DNA of 63,529 nt, the filler included, from Octopus bimaculoides (taxonomy: Eukaryota), in assembly GCF_001194135.2 (NCBI RefSeq). It is 3 parts of 3 records of this genome, joined end to end, with 100 filler letters (N's around TTAATTAATTAA, not from the genome) between each part and the next. Parts side by side here need not be neighbours in the genome. Positions count along the whole stretch, not along the records: positions 1 to 30,199 come from NC_068981.1; 2 more parts are not named here. One strand, written 5' to 3'. Numbering within the stretch: position 1 is the stretch's first letter; every line of letters starts with the position of its first letter. Shown here piece after piece: positions 12,468-24,984 of this stretch. A program made the position numbers and the translations under genes. The notes beneath the pieces were generated by a model that saw nothing but the letters and a program-made list of their open reading frames with translations, was not told the DNA's origin and made no database searches.

Positions 12468-13075
12468 TCTTGTACTTGCTTCAGTCATTGTAGTGTAGCC
12501 ATGCTGGAGCACCACCATGAAATGTTTTGTCAAATAAATTACCCCAGTACCTGCTTATAAGTCTGGTACTTATATCAGTCGCTTTTGTTAGGCAATGGAG
12601 TGGTGAGTGGGGGATAAAAACACATACATAACAGACTTCCACACAGTTTCTTATTTATTTATTGCCCACAAGGGGCTAAACATAGAGGGGACAAACAAGG
12701 ACAGACAATGGGATTAAGTCGATTACACCGATCCCAGTGCATAACTGGTACTTAATTTATCGACCCTGAAGGATGAAAGACAAAGTCGGCCTCAGCGGAA
12801 TTTGAACTCAGAATGTAACGGCAGATGAAATACTGCTAAGCATTTTGCCCGGCATGTTAACGTTTCTGCCAGCTCGCCGCCATAACTTCCACACAGTTTC
12901 TACCAATCAAATTTACACACACGGCGATAGTCAGACCAGGGTTATAGCAGAAGACACTTGCTCAAGGTACCATGCAATGGGACTGAACCTAAAACAACTT
13001 GGTTGCAAAGTAAGTTTTTTAACCACAGCATTATACCTGCAACAAGCTTCATAACAACACAGCCATGCCTACGAC
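12468..13075 (-). mobile_element. CORE-type SINE interrupted by a younger SINE
   Basis: 3' module at 12468-12630 and core/head at 12902-13075 flank the nested element. Confidence 0.8.
12652..12884 (-). mobile_element. Full-length tRNA-derived SINE (GGCGGCGAGCTGGCAGAA family)
   Basis: Exact 17-bp TSD ACTTCCACACAGTTTCT at 12635-12651 and 12885-12901; B-box-like GAGTTCAAATTCC; (AATA)n tail. Confidence 0.92.
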
Positions 13076-13101
13076 TCACAAAATATAACTACAAGTAGCA
13101 A

Positions 13102-13350
13102 TCATTGTTTACCATTAAGACATAGGATTGTTTTTAAAAAAGCAGGCATTTTCTTTTGTTCATTGTGGCCTATTATAATTGTTTGTAACAGTTGTATTAG
13201 AGTCATTGATTGGCATTTCTCCAGAATGATGTGATGAATTGATATGTTATCATCTCTATATAAATCATAATTGAATGACCAACCTTCCTTAGATAAGTGA
13301 GAGAATGACATATCCAAAAACTTGCAGTTTTCAGAATTATCTTGAGTTTC
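13102..13350 (-). pseudogene. LRR-like coding relic
   Basis: Open frame of about 87 codons including DDNISI..QLLQTIIIGHNEQKKMPAFLKTILCLNG; similar to the 21093-21266 peptide. No convincing splice acceptor. Confidence 0.4.
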
Positions 13351-13574
13351 AGATTTGGGGGATCAATCACTTGTAACTAACTGACATTTGATTTGTGTTC
13401 AAATCATTTTATCTTTTATTTGTTTCAGCCATTGGACTGCAGCTATACTGGGGAATTGCCTTGAGTTTCAGTTGTACAAACTAACCCTTGCACTCATTCT
13501 TTTAAAGTGTTGTACTTATTTTATCAGTCCATTTTACTGAGCTGTTAAGTTACAGGAATGTCAACAAATGCAAA

Positions 13575-13697
13575 CATGGCCATGTGGTAAGAAGCTTGCT
13601 TCCCAACCATATGGTTCCGGGTTCAGTCCCATTGCTTGGCACCTTGGGCAAGTGTCTTCTACTATAGCCTCGGGCTGACCAAAGTCTTGTGAGTGGC
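13575..13697 (+). mobile_element. CORE-type SINE head
   Basis: GTGGTAAGAAGCTTGCTTCCCAACCATATGGTTCCGGGTTCAGTCCC..CCTTGGGCAAGTG. Confidence 0.85.
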
Positions 13698-15002
13698 TGT
13701 TTCAGGTGGAGAGAAAGGAGAAAGTGAGGAAGAGAAGATAGTGGTGACAATGAGTTGGCTGGTAATTGGAAAGGCTGAGATCAAGAGATTGGTAGATGAA
13801 AGTGGGGGTGTAACAAGAGTGCACAGGTAGAAGGAAGGACTGTTGGAAGGATATGTAGTGGGGAAGAGATTCACTGGGGACATATGTATGCAGATAGGTA
13901 CATGGGGAAGAAATGCAACAGTTTGTGAGCACTGGTGGGGGAAAAGGGAAGGTTCAAAAGATGGCTATGATCTAATATTCATTACAGTGGCAATTTTTTT
14001 TGTCCCTTAGTTTTATTGTCTTGTTTGTTTGCATTAGACATAATCTGTATTGCTGCATTGCATCATTCATTTCATCCGTTTGGTGATGGGTTGCCATGAA
14101 TCAATTCTAGGCATATGAATATTCTTTCAAATTGAAAATGCCCCAAATTCGCTTTCCAAACCGAACACCGTGGTTAGTGTGAACAGAGCTTGGAGCATCG
14201 AACAATATCAATAATGAGGAGATGCTTTAACTAATAGCTTTGTAAAGTTGCCTTTCTGAACGGAAATGTAAAAGGTTAAATGCATGAAAATATAAAATGT
14301 AAAAAGTGAAAATGTAGAAGTTGTCTATTTTAGTATTTTCTTTTAATCCAATAATATCCATTGACAACAACTGCCAAAGTTTTGTGGATTTTGTAAGTTT
14401 CCCTACCATAATCTTTTGATGAACTTAAAGTCAATGAATATTTAAATGTTTTGAGGGTTTCTCAAATATGTTATTAAATTTTGGGTCAAAACATGCAGTA
14501 GAAATAGTTAACGATCAAAGTTTACCTCTAAATTCAATTTGATATTATGATTATTGCACAAATTCCCAAGATGGCAGAACCAAGTATTCTACAGAAAATA
14601 CAAAATTCTGTTATCGGATAACCAGTATCTTTACTTAAATGTTTACAATTGTTTTTCCAATTTATGTTAAGCTTGTTTCTATCAACAGATTTTGACCTTT
14701 GATCTAATACCAAGTTATTTTGCAATAACAGCTCAACCCAGTTCACTCCCTCTGTCATTAATTGTATCTATTTACAGAGCTGAAAACAAACTTCTGCTTA
14801 AGTATTTGATGTGCTTCTACTTTTGACACTATTGGTTTTCAGCATTTTTTTACCAAAATGTACTCTCATTATACAATTAAAGCATTGTTTATCAACAGCA
14901 GCCAATTCTCCACACCCATATAAGGTTCTTCATTTATACTCAAAATATAAAGAACAATTAGTAAACTGGACATTAATAAATTTTATGTTGTTAAATGAGA
15001 AA

Positions 15003-15310
15003 TCATCATCATTGTTTAACGTCTGCTTTCCATGCTGGCATGGGTTGGATGGTTTGACTGAGGACTGGAGAGCCAGAAGGCTGCACCAGGCTCCAATCTG
15101 ATCTGACAAAGTTTCTACAGCTGGATGCCCTTCCTAATGCCAACCACTCCGAGAGTGTAGTGGGTGCCTTTATGTGCCACTAGCATGAGGGCCAGTCAGG
15201 TGGTACTGGCAACGACCACGCTCAAAAGGTATTTTTTACGTGCCAGTCCAGCGGCACTGGCAACAACCACATTGAAATGTTGTTTTTCATGTGTCACCGG
15301 CACATGTGCC
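15003..15310 (-). mobile_element. RTE 3' end with tandem GGTGGCACGTAAAAA units
   Basis: Reverse complement of the 5836-6212 sequence. Confidence 0.85.
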
Positions 15311-15559
15311 AGTAAGGCTCTCATCATTGCTTGACAACCAGTGTTGGTGTGTTTACGCCCCTGTAACTTAGCAGTTCAGTATAAGAGACGGATAGAATAA
15401 GTACTAGGCTTGCAAAGAATAAGTCCTGGGGTCAATTTGTTCGACTAAAGGCAGTGCTCCAGTATGGCCACAGTTAAATGACAGAAACAAGTAAAATAAT
15501 AAAAGAGTAATAAAAAACCAAATGTACTAAAATATAAATTTGGGAACATGTTCTCAATA

Positions 15560-16680
15560 AACTTCTTTATAAAATTTTTCTATGAATATCTTCAGTTTTA
15601 ATGATTGCATCAATGCAGAACTGGAGTCATGGATACGTCTGCACTTAACAGACCTTGTTCATTTCAAACATCATCTGAACAAGGACAGCTTTGAGGGGAT
15701 CTATAGTATGTCAATTAACCTCCCTTTCGACAATGTCTCAAATGTAGTACACCATCAGATTCAAATCTAGCAAGTTTCGTGTTACATGATCATAAAAATT
15801 GACATCCATTATTGAGTTATGTGGGTTTTGTGAGAAGGTGCTGAGTCTGTTTGAGACACATATGGCCTTCTACTGCATACTTCATCCATCCAGGGCTTAA
15901 CAAACAGTTGCCAGCACTGCAATGTATCCAGCAGCATTAATTCTAAGATCCTGCAGAAAGATCTGGGGTGGTACGATATGACCGTTATTCACCACTCCTA
16001 AAACCATCGCAGTTGCTGGAAACATATGCAAGGGGACACTAGGATCTGCAGATAACTATATCATTTCTCCAATTAGACTTCTGGTTTTGGTCGAAGACTT
16101 TTGCTCATCAGTGAAGAACCAAAACATGCCATCCATGCTCGTGAGGTTTTTAAAATTTTGTTATGTAACCATTTGTCACACATCAACCAGTTTTCCTGTG
16201 TTTTGCAGACAGATACGAACTGGCCCCTTCTCAATATATGCAACCTGTATCAAATGTCATTGTGCACCACAGTTCTGATAGACCATTCCAACACCTGAAG
16301 TTCTTTGGCAATGACCTATTGGTTTTTTTCAGGACCATCATTGATAATGTTTTGAACCTGTTGGATGAATTGCCATGTCATTATAATGACCCCAAACAAT
16401 GTTTTATTTTCTCTTTGATACAGTTGACACATTCCCACCAGAGACTTCCAATTCTATTCAGACTTTGTGTACAAAAGATATTGTAACATTTAGAAAGTTG
16501 GCAATTTTTAAATCACTGTGTTCTGCACATATAGCAACAATGACTGTTAGTCTTTTCATTTCTTGTATTAGCATTTCATTTACCATGGGAAATCTTAAAA
16601 ATAAAAAAAATAAAAACATTTCAATTGGTTTGAAGCGAGTAATGTACTGATGATTGTCCTCAATTATCATCCACTCTGTG
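15560..16680 (-). mobile_element. Decayed Tc1/mariner transposon, DD37D (maT-like)
   Basis: Minus-strand pieces QEMKRLTVIVAICAEHSDLKIANFLNV, MFWFFTDE, FPATAMVLGVVNNGHIVPP and KPWMDEVCSRRPYVSQTDSAPSH; many stops and frameshifts. Confidence 0.85.
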
Positions 16681-16694
16681 TATTGGGTGTGCGT

Positions 16695-17079
16695 GGAGGC
16701 GCAATGGCCCAGTGGTTAGGGTAGCGGACTTGCAGTTATAGAATCGTGGTTTCGATTCCCAGACTGGGCGATGTGAGTGTTTATTGAGCGAAAACATCTA
16801 AAGCGCCACGAGGCTCCGGCAGGGGATGGTGGCGAACCCTGCTGTACTTTTTCGCCACAACTTTCTCTCACTCTTACTTCCTGTTTCTGTTGTACCTGTA
16901 ATTCAAAGGGTCAGCCTTGTCACACTGTGTCACGCTGAATATCCCCGAGAACTACGTTAAGGGTACACGTGTCTGTGGAGTGCTCAGCCACTTGCACGTT
17001 AATTTCACGAGCAGGCTGTTCCGTTGATCGGATCAACTGGAACCCTTGACGTCGTAAGCAACGGAGTGCCAACAACAAC
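16695..17079 (+). mobile_element. Full-length tRNA-derived SINE with (CAA)n tail
   Basis: A-box TGGCCCAGTGG, B-box-like GGTTTCGATTCCC; 13-bp imperfect TSD ATTGGGTGTGCGT / ATTGCGTGTGCAT; second copy at 26609. Confidence 0.92.
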
Positions 17080-17179
17080 ATTGCGTGTGCATCAAGTAAA
17101 TATCATTGTACACAGCTCCCTCACCCTTAATCACGAACAACATTCAACTAGTGTTCTCAAACTCACTTGTTAAATCTTA

Positions 17180-17720
17180 GTATGACCGGAAGTCTTTCTT
17201 AGTGAGAACATATCCTAAACATGGCAAAAACTGCATCTCAGTGAACATCCCCTCTCTTTAGGACTACAAAATACTTCAGACTCCAACAATTAGTGATACT
17301 CTACAAAGCTCTAGTGAGATCCACCATGGAGTATTGCTTTCACATCTCAAACTGTGCTGCTGCATACACAAACATCCTATACAACATCCAGAAATGGTCA
17401 GGCGACCAACTACCATAAACTTACTCAGATACGCACCAGCTTCTTGCTCACTAGCAATCTGTCTACTTTTTCTCTCTGCTTGTCTACAGCTACTTTAATG
17501 GCTTCTGCTCCTCAAAGATGGCTTGGCTTAGATAATCCCATCTTATTCTCTCTTCATTTTCATATTTCTGTATCCAACCACACCAGGTTTCACATTAATT
17601 ACAGTCCACAGTTGCTTCTCCCCAGAACATTGGTCCCCAGGAATGCCTTCCCAGCCAAGTCTTTTCTGCAAATGTTAATTTACAAAGCTTCAAGAAAGTT
17701 ATTAATGGCATTAGTCTGAC
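17180..17720 (+). mobile_element. Decayed CR1/L2-type LINE 3' part
   Basis: ILYKALVRSTMEYCFHI..NILYNIQK motif. Confidence 0.7.
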
Positions 17721-17849
17721 TAGAGTTGGAGGTCATGTGAAGGCAATGGATACTGCTCCTTCTTACAGTAAAAATATAAGTGTAAGGTTGTGACAACCCT
17801 TTAATCTTGTCAAGGGTATAACATCTCTCTAGTGCAGCTGCCATGAAGT

Positions 17850-18045
17850 AGAGCACCCAGTACACATTGTAAAATAGTTGGTGTCAGAAAGGGACCTCAG
17901 TCATAGAAACCAGCCAAGATGAAATGAGAGATGCAGTTCTTCAACACTTCTAAGTAAGCAGTACCACAGAATATGCAGTCACATTGACTGTAGCATTCCA
18001 CTCGACTTATGCCAGCATAGAAAGGGGATGTAAAATAGTGATCAT
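17850..18045 (+). mobile_element. Degenerate RTE 3' tail element
   Basis: GCACCCAGTACAC..GGTGTCAGAAAGGGAC..TATGCCAGCATAGAAAG. Confidence 0.65.
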
Positions 18046-18959
18046 TATCATGTGTATGTGTATAGGTCTATTTCTCAAATTTTTTGTGTATATTATATTT
18101 CATTTGGTATAGAAACAGTCTTACTGTTGCTTCTAGTTACATACAAACAGAATGCAGAGAATACAACCCTTCACATATAGCTAACCTTTCCCCATAGACA
18201 TTATCCAATTTATGACAAATACACTTCTATGATTTGTAACATTGACAACAGCCTTCAAATGAGGATACTTAACAGAATTAAGAGCCATTCACTACAAGTA
18301 TTATAAAAGCCAGTCCACACAAAATTTAAGACCTCTTGTACAAAATAAAAACTTTCAAATATCAAAATGATACAATTTCTGATTATCTTTCAAAGCAATG
18401 TAACCAATATTGCAAGCCAAATATTGACCGTTTACATTAACAGATAATACTTCAGCTCAAATCAGTTCCTCGACAAGGTATAAGTGTGTCTCACACTGCT
18501 GTTTGGAAGAAGCGGTTGCATACATTAAAACACACTAGATTGTGTATAAAAGACCACTTGACTGATTTAAATATTTTTATTCCCAATACATTATAATGAC
18601 TGACATTTTATGTTTATCCACTGTCTTCTACCACTACTATCATAGTTCTTACTATTATCTGGTAAAACGTGCATCATCATTCTTATCCATTCCTATTTGA
18701 TGGACCTACTTTCCACCATCATCATCATCAAGGGTTTTAAGTATCCACTTTTCCATGCTTGCTTGAGTTAGATGGCTTGTATTGTGATTTTCTGTAACCA
18801 GATGCCTTTCCTGTCACTAAACCTCACTTGTTTCCCTAGTAAAGTAATATTTCTCCACAGAAGTACATATTTCACACAAGACTGGAAATGAGGAACACTA
18901 CTTTTATGACAGTGACAACACACACATTATTACCACTGAATGTCCATTATCCATGCTGG

Positions 18960-20190
18960 TATGTATTTGACAGTGTGACAGGATCCACCAAGATGGAGGA
19001 CTGCAATGGGCAACAATGTCTACTTTGGCATGGTTTCTACAGCTGGATGATCACTCTTACAATTGCCAACCACTTTAGAGTGCATTGGGTGATTTTTTTA
19101 ATTATGACACAGGCACCAGTGAGGTCATCAAGTAAAAGAAAAGGTGGAAAATAAAAGCCCCTTTGATTGAGTGAGGTTGTAATAGAGGTGGAGATGGCTT
19201 TATGAAAGGTGTTGGGAGAGTAAAGTATGAGAGACATAGGCACAGGTATTTTGTTACAGAAGATATGGCTAACCCATATGCAAGTAGGTGCAAGTAACTA
19301 GTAAGAAGACAAGGATGATGGTGATGTGATGTTAGAACAAATGCTAAGGTACAAGAAAGTGAGTATAAAAGAGAATATGAATTGAGGATTGGGAGCAGTG
19401 AGGGAATAAGTTCATGAAAATGATGGTTAGAGATGGAGGAGGGAGGCAACTGTAGTGAATGATGTAAAAGGGTGGAGGTGTGATCAGTGGTAAATGATAT
19501 GGGGAGGAGTTTAACAGAAATAGCATAGGAAGTAATAAGTGGCAGTACAGAAAGGGTGAAGAGAATCAGTGTAATAAGCCTGCTGATGGATCAGAATATA
19601 GGGAAACGATTTGTTGAGTGGGAAAATAGGGAAAGAGAAAGATCTAAAGGGATAGAGATGGAGGTCAGAGGTATGTAGTGGAGGCTGTAGTGAGGAGACA
19701 AAGGTGGATGGAGTGTTGATGGTAAACTGAGAGAGAGAGTGTCGAGAAGAGTCATTAAAAGGGAGCGATGGAGGTTAAAGATAAGGTATGGCAGTCCTCA
19801 GATGTAACTCTGGGGTAGAGAGAGAGAACTGGAGGCATAGAAAGAGGTGATCGATGGAAAATAAAGTGAGAAAGAATGATACTGAGAATAAGAATTGATG
19901 TTAAAAGAAGTAGTACCAGGGAGAGTGGGGGAGGTAACTAGCAGCACAAAGGGGATGAAATATGTGCATATTCTGCTGTCACGATTACAGCAGCTGAATA
20001 GTGTCATTGTTAGGAGAGTGGTGGAGGGATAAGTGCTAGGAAGAGAAGGAGTGGGTAAAGCATAATAGGGATGGATTTGGTGCAGGGACAGAGCCCAGTG
20101 AGTATACAGACATAAGCATAATGCTTTTAGGACATCACCTTTTCCATGACAAATGAGTCTTTCTGAGAACAGCAAAATGCCAATCATCTC
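18960..20190 (-). mobile_element. Composite: pyrimidine-rich body plus RTE-type tail
   Basis: Tail at 18960-19130 is continuous with the body at 19150-20190; the same join recurs at 24985-25810. Confidence 0.6.
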
Positions 20191-20249
20191 AGACCTTCCA
20201 CACCACCACTGTATGGTTTAACATCTTAAAATCAGCATTTGCTACATTA

Positions 20250-20565
20250 GCACATGCCTCTCCGGATCTTCCTCTTCCCACTTTATGCAATCCGTGCTTT
20301 TTATAAAGCCATCGTCATCCATATGCATCACATGGTCATACCAGCACAAACTTCTCTCTTCAACACTACACCTATTATGCCTAATTTTTCTCTCACCACA
20401 TTTTCATTTTGCTGTACATACACACTGATGCTGCACATCCAGAGAAGCATACAAGCTTCATTACTTTCTAGTCTTTACATATCCTCTGCATTTAGGGACC
20501 ACATCTCACTGTTGCAGTGCTATTCATATACAAGTATCATACAATCCGCCTTTCATGCAAGATAG
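20250..20565 (-). mobile_element. RTE RT C-terminal fragment
   Basis: Minus strand SEMWSLNAEDM-RLESNEACMLLWMCSISV..REKLGI. Confidence 0.75.
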
Positions 20566-21092
20566 ATAGATATACAATGGGCTTCTTTCGGTGCCTACCA
20601 AACCTGCTCACAAGGATTTGGATTGCTTGGAGCTATACAGTGGAAGGCACTAGCTAAAGGACCAATGCAGTCAAACTGAACCTGAAACCATGTGATTTGG
20701 AAATGAACTTACTAACCATGTCTACATCCCAGCCAAACAAACCCCATATTAAACACTTGCCAAATTGTTCCACTTCAGAAGTAAAGCTATCTGGAACTTC
20801 TCCCAGTCTTGATTTTCTCGGTAGCCATATGTATTTGCATGTACATATATTTCTCAGACATCTTTTGTGTATACACATTTCATTCAATACATGTACAGTC
20901 TTGCTGTCACTAATTATATATATACTTCTATGCTGAGAATATCATTAACGATATTGACATCAACAATTTTGGAAGACTTGCAAGAGTTCTGGACACTACT
21001 CCTTTTCCTTCGACTGAATAATAATTTAAAAAATGCCCACCAACCGAGTAAAGAAATATTGAATCTGAAAGTGTATTGATGTAGAGACTTGA

Positions 21093-21266
21093 GTCAACAA
21101 AATCATTTTCAACTTTAAGCTGGCTAAGTCTTTTATAAGAGTAAAGAACAATGATATAAGCATAGAAATGGTATGTAACATTGCAGTTGTGTTAAATGCC
21201 AGACAGAAATTCAATTATGTCATTTCTAATCTTCACACTTTCACTCTTGGACATCAAAATGTTTAG
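21093..21266 (+). pseudogene. LRR-like coding relic
   Basis: 58-codon frame ..SFIRVKNNDISIEM..ISNLHTFTLGHQNV*; an overlapping frame gives MFSNLDAVILRFNFM. Confidence 0.4.
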
Positions 21267-21671
21267 CAACTTGGATGCAGTAATTCTGAGATTTAATTTC
21301 ATGTCTTTTACAAATGATTTGAATCTTGGAATTTTTAGGTTTGGCTGGTTGAGTTTTTTTGTTTTTTTGCTTTTTTTTTGTGTGTGTGTGTTTCTTATTC
21401 AACAGAAACTTCATTGTTAATGACCATCATTTCACAGGAGTTGCACACGCATTACCAACTTTGAAGTCCAAGATATTCAGACATTTTATCTAGAAGTATC
21501 TATTCTCACTATCACCATCATTTTAACATCCACTTTTCTATGCTTGAATGAGTCAGAATTAAGATTTTCTGCAGCTGGATGCTCTTTGTTCCAACAATCC
21601 TTAAAGTAATATTTCCCTATGGTTGGATGATTCCATGAAAGATTGGAAACAACTGCTTGTATGATGGCACT

Positions 21672-21855
21672 ATGTAAATAGCACCCAGTGCTGCCTCCAT
21701 GTAAATAGCACCCAGTGCACTCAGTAAAGTGGTTGGCTTTAAGAAAGGTATCCAGCTATAGAAACGGTTATAGAAACTGGAGCCTGGTGCAGTCTTTCAG
21801 CTTTAGCATTCCTGACAAACTGTCCGACCCATACCAGCATGACGATGATGATGAT
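21672..21855 (+). mobile_element. RTE 3' tail element
   Basis: Duplicated ATGTAAATAGCACCCAGTGC unit, tail body, (GAT)n. Confidence 0.8.
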
Positions 21856-22324
21856 ATACAATGTCAAGACAAAGAAACACAAGCACACACAGAATGACAA
21901 TACCTACAGCAGGTTTCTTTCAGTTTCTACCAAACCAATTTCATTTACAAGGCAACAGTCAACCTGGAGGTAGACAAAACAATTGCCTGAAGTGTCACAC
22001 AGTGGTACTGAACACAAAACCATGTGATTGAGAAGTAAATTTCTTAACCACTCAACCATATCTACACCTATGTAAATAGTTAATATTTGTAACTACGGAG
22101 CTCACAGCCAATTTTTTCAATCTTTTCTTCTCACATATAATAATATAGCTTCAAATAATATAAGTTTTATGCTATTTCATACCATGAAGTCTTACACTGA
22201 TGAGAGAAGAGATATAAATTTCTATAGGTCAGTCTCATCCTGAAATCATTGATAATGTGAGGTGTCTCTAATTGGAATCCTAAGCAAATCAGACTATAGT
22301 CATAAAATAATTAATAATAAGCAT

Positions 22325-22477
22325 ATGCATAGTTGTGTCATTAAAAATCTTGCTTTGAAGGGATATGTGGTTCTAGGTTTGGTTCACCATCTGGCACATT
22401 GGTAAAGTGTCCTCTGCTATAGTGCTTGGTTGACTAATGATTTTTGAGTAGAATTTGATAGGCGGAGACTACTCATT

Positions 22478-22510
<33 letters not shown>

Positions 22511-22660
22511 TTTTGCATTCATATTTATATCAGCCTCTGTGACATCATAACTTAGAAATTTGAGAAATAGGATTAATAAAATCAGAACCAATCTGAAATA
22601 AGTACTAAGGTTGATATAATTTGGTTAACCTCTTAAAGACGGTACCCCAACATGGCCACT
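22325..22660 (+). mobile_element. Old CORE-type SINE with internal (TG)n
   Basis: Head, core, (TG)n and 3' module in order, heavily diverged. Confidence 0.65.
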
Positions 22661-23259
22661 TTCATTTCATTTAATAAATAATGAATGTTGTAGACGTTCA
22701 AATGCTGCTACTGCAGAGGATGATATACAAAAACAAAAAAAAGGAAAAGAGACAACAGTAATCGGAAATGCTTTCTGTGATAAAATGAACCTGCAACCAA
22801 TAAAAGAATAGATATTGAACATTAAAGTATAAATACAGATTTTAAAAAAATAAACAAAACAAATCAAATATATAAATAATAAACATTATCTAAAGTATGG
22901 CATAGTGATTGATTGACAATTCATGTAAATGCTAGAACAATCAAATTAAAATAGCTCATAGCTAAACTAAAATGGTGCATAGGAATCATACTTGCATAAA
23001 AATCCTGCTGTAAACATTTTAATATCCTGTTAGTATCCAACAGACAGGAAAAAAAAGATCATCTACGAAAATTGCTTTGTAATGATTAATCTCAAATTTT
23101 TCTTTCCAGATCTTGAAAATTTGTGCATTTTATCTAAGAAAACTATTATTGTTGTTATTATTATTATTATTATTATTATTTTGTAGTATATCATCTTCAA
23201 TAGCAGCAGCAGCATACTGAAGTTGTCCAATGTTATTTAATAAAACAAGAGAAAAATCA

Positions 23260-24220
23260 GAGACATAACTAAACTTTGATTTAAATCTAGACAGTTTATA
23301 TCTTTGAGGTCAATACCTCTAGTGGTTTAGCAGTATATTGAGTATATCAATAATTATTATTCAAATTTGCCATATGGTAGTCTATCTTTGCAAATATTCA
23401 CAAACAGTTTCTCTTCAAAACATTTGGTGATAGAACCAAAATAAAATATCTATCCCATTGTTGATTTGTGGTTGATAAATTTAAACGAGTTATTTATGGA
23501 AATTCTTAAATAAAGTGATGCTTTATCAAAGATAATTCATCATTATAGGTTTATGACACTATTGTAGTTATTTCAATATACATAAACAAAAATTGGTCAT
23601 AGAATATCTCAGAGGTAATAATTTCCCTCAGTGAATGAGGGTTTTGTGAGCACATTCACCAGGATTACATTTTAATATAAATTATACCAATAATATCTTG
23701 AAATCAAAATGTACAATTTAATGAGAAACTAGAGTTTCAACATACATTTATATATAAATTTAAACTCATTTAAATGAATTTATTAGCATTTTTTAATAGG
23801 AATAGAGATTTCTGCAAAAAGTAAGTTATATATTGATTTTTTTTTTACATTCTACTACAGCAGCTGAACAACTTACAGATACTTAACCTAAGGAATTAAT
23901 ATGTCATGTGTAGCCAAGGAATTAATTTGATGTTTCTGTTGCTCATGCATGTGATATACTGCAAACAAAAGCAATGTTTTCTAAGAAAAAAAAAAAGAGA
24001 AATTTTCAAATTTTACAGAAAGAAGTTTGGATACGATTACAAATTTAGATGTAGCTCCTTTACATTATGCACTGCTGATTATCATTACTTTTCAGAGTAA
24101 TGATCTAATATTAGATTCTTACTCTGAAAACTGAACTAATCTATGCGTTTTGAATTGTATTTCAAAATTTGTCAAGGAATTGATAATTCTTTGCATTTAA
24201 GTCAATTCTGAAATTAAGTA
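23260..24220 (+). pseudogene. LRR-like coding relic with many stops
   Basis: QQLNNLQILNLRN* at 23858-23899 fits LxxLxxLxLxxN; also VIEYLRGNNFP and NNYYSNLPYGSL. Confidence 0.4.
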
Positions 24221-24225
24221 TGTAC

Positions 24226-24270
<45 letters not shown>

Positions 24271-24984
24271 TTGTATAGCTATCACTGTATATAATTTACA
24301 TTACTAATTTACAAGAGTATATAAAAATTGCTTGTACTCAACAATTTATACACTTGGCTTAATGTCAATATATTAATATGTTTATTGCAAATAAACCATA
24401 TTAGAAAGGAAATTCTTTAAAATTATCAACTTGCATTCATTAAAACAAACAAAAAATAAATATTGTTATATATATTTCAGAATTATGATGAAAATTCATA
24501 AAATATTTCAATATTAGAGTGGAAAAACTGAAGTTTCTAACTAAAAGTTGGTTAGAAACTATTCCATTAGAAATTAAATGCAGACATTTTAATTATGTAT
24601 ATTACACTGGTGTGGAGTTGTGGAATTGTATAATTGTCTTAATTCCCCTGTTACATTTATCTTTCACAAATTTAACCTGAAATTTAATTGCAAATACTTA
24701 TGTACCTACTCTAGCTTCCAAACGTTCATCACTTGCAATGTTTCCAATATTTTTGTTACATCAATATACTTGTTCTGTTTTTATTTTTTTTTTTAAGTTT
24801 TTTTTTTATAAACGTTTTGCCAACTTTACCATTTTATTTTACTAAAATTCAATGGAAATCACAGAACCAATCACATCTTATTAGTCCACTTATCACCATA
24901 TTTCTGCTACCTCATCATTTTATTTGAATAAATAAGCTTGTGCTGTCTGATATAAAATCATCTCTTTCTCAGTATATTATGTAT

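Noticed and set aside
13230-13295. Plus-strand LRR-like string YHLYINHN*MTNLP
   Set aside because: It is antisense to the better minus-strand LRR-like ORF and both cannot be real; it shows how easily AT-rich DNA mimics LRRs.
14227-14409. KLWQLLSMDIIG resembling an LTR integrase start
   Set aside because: One short motif, with no further integrase residues, LTRs or PBS.
16695-16770. tRNA-like sequence (also 26609)
   Set aside because: It is a SINE head: it continues into a 300-bp body with a (CAA)n tail and TSD, and does not close a cloverleaf.
22690-23225. NAATAEDDIQK and YAAAAIEDDILQ peptides on opposite strands
   Set aside because: Both derive from short GCT/GAT low-complexity runs; no consistent exon structure.
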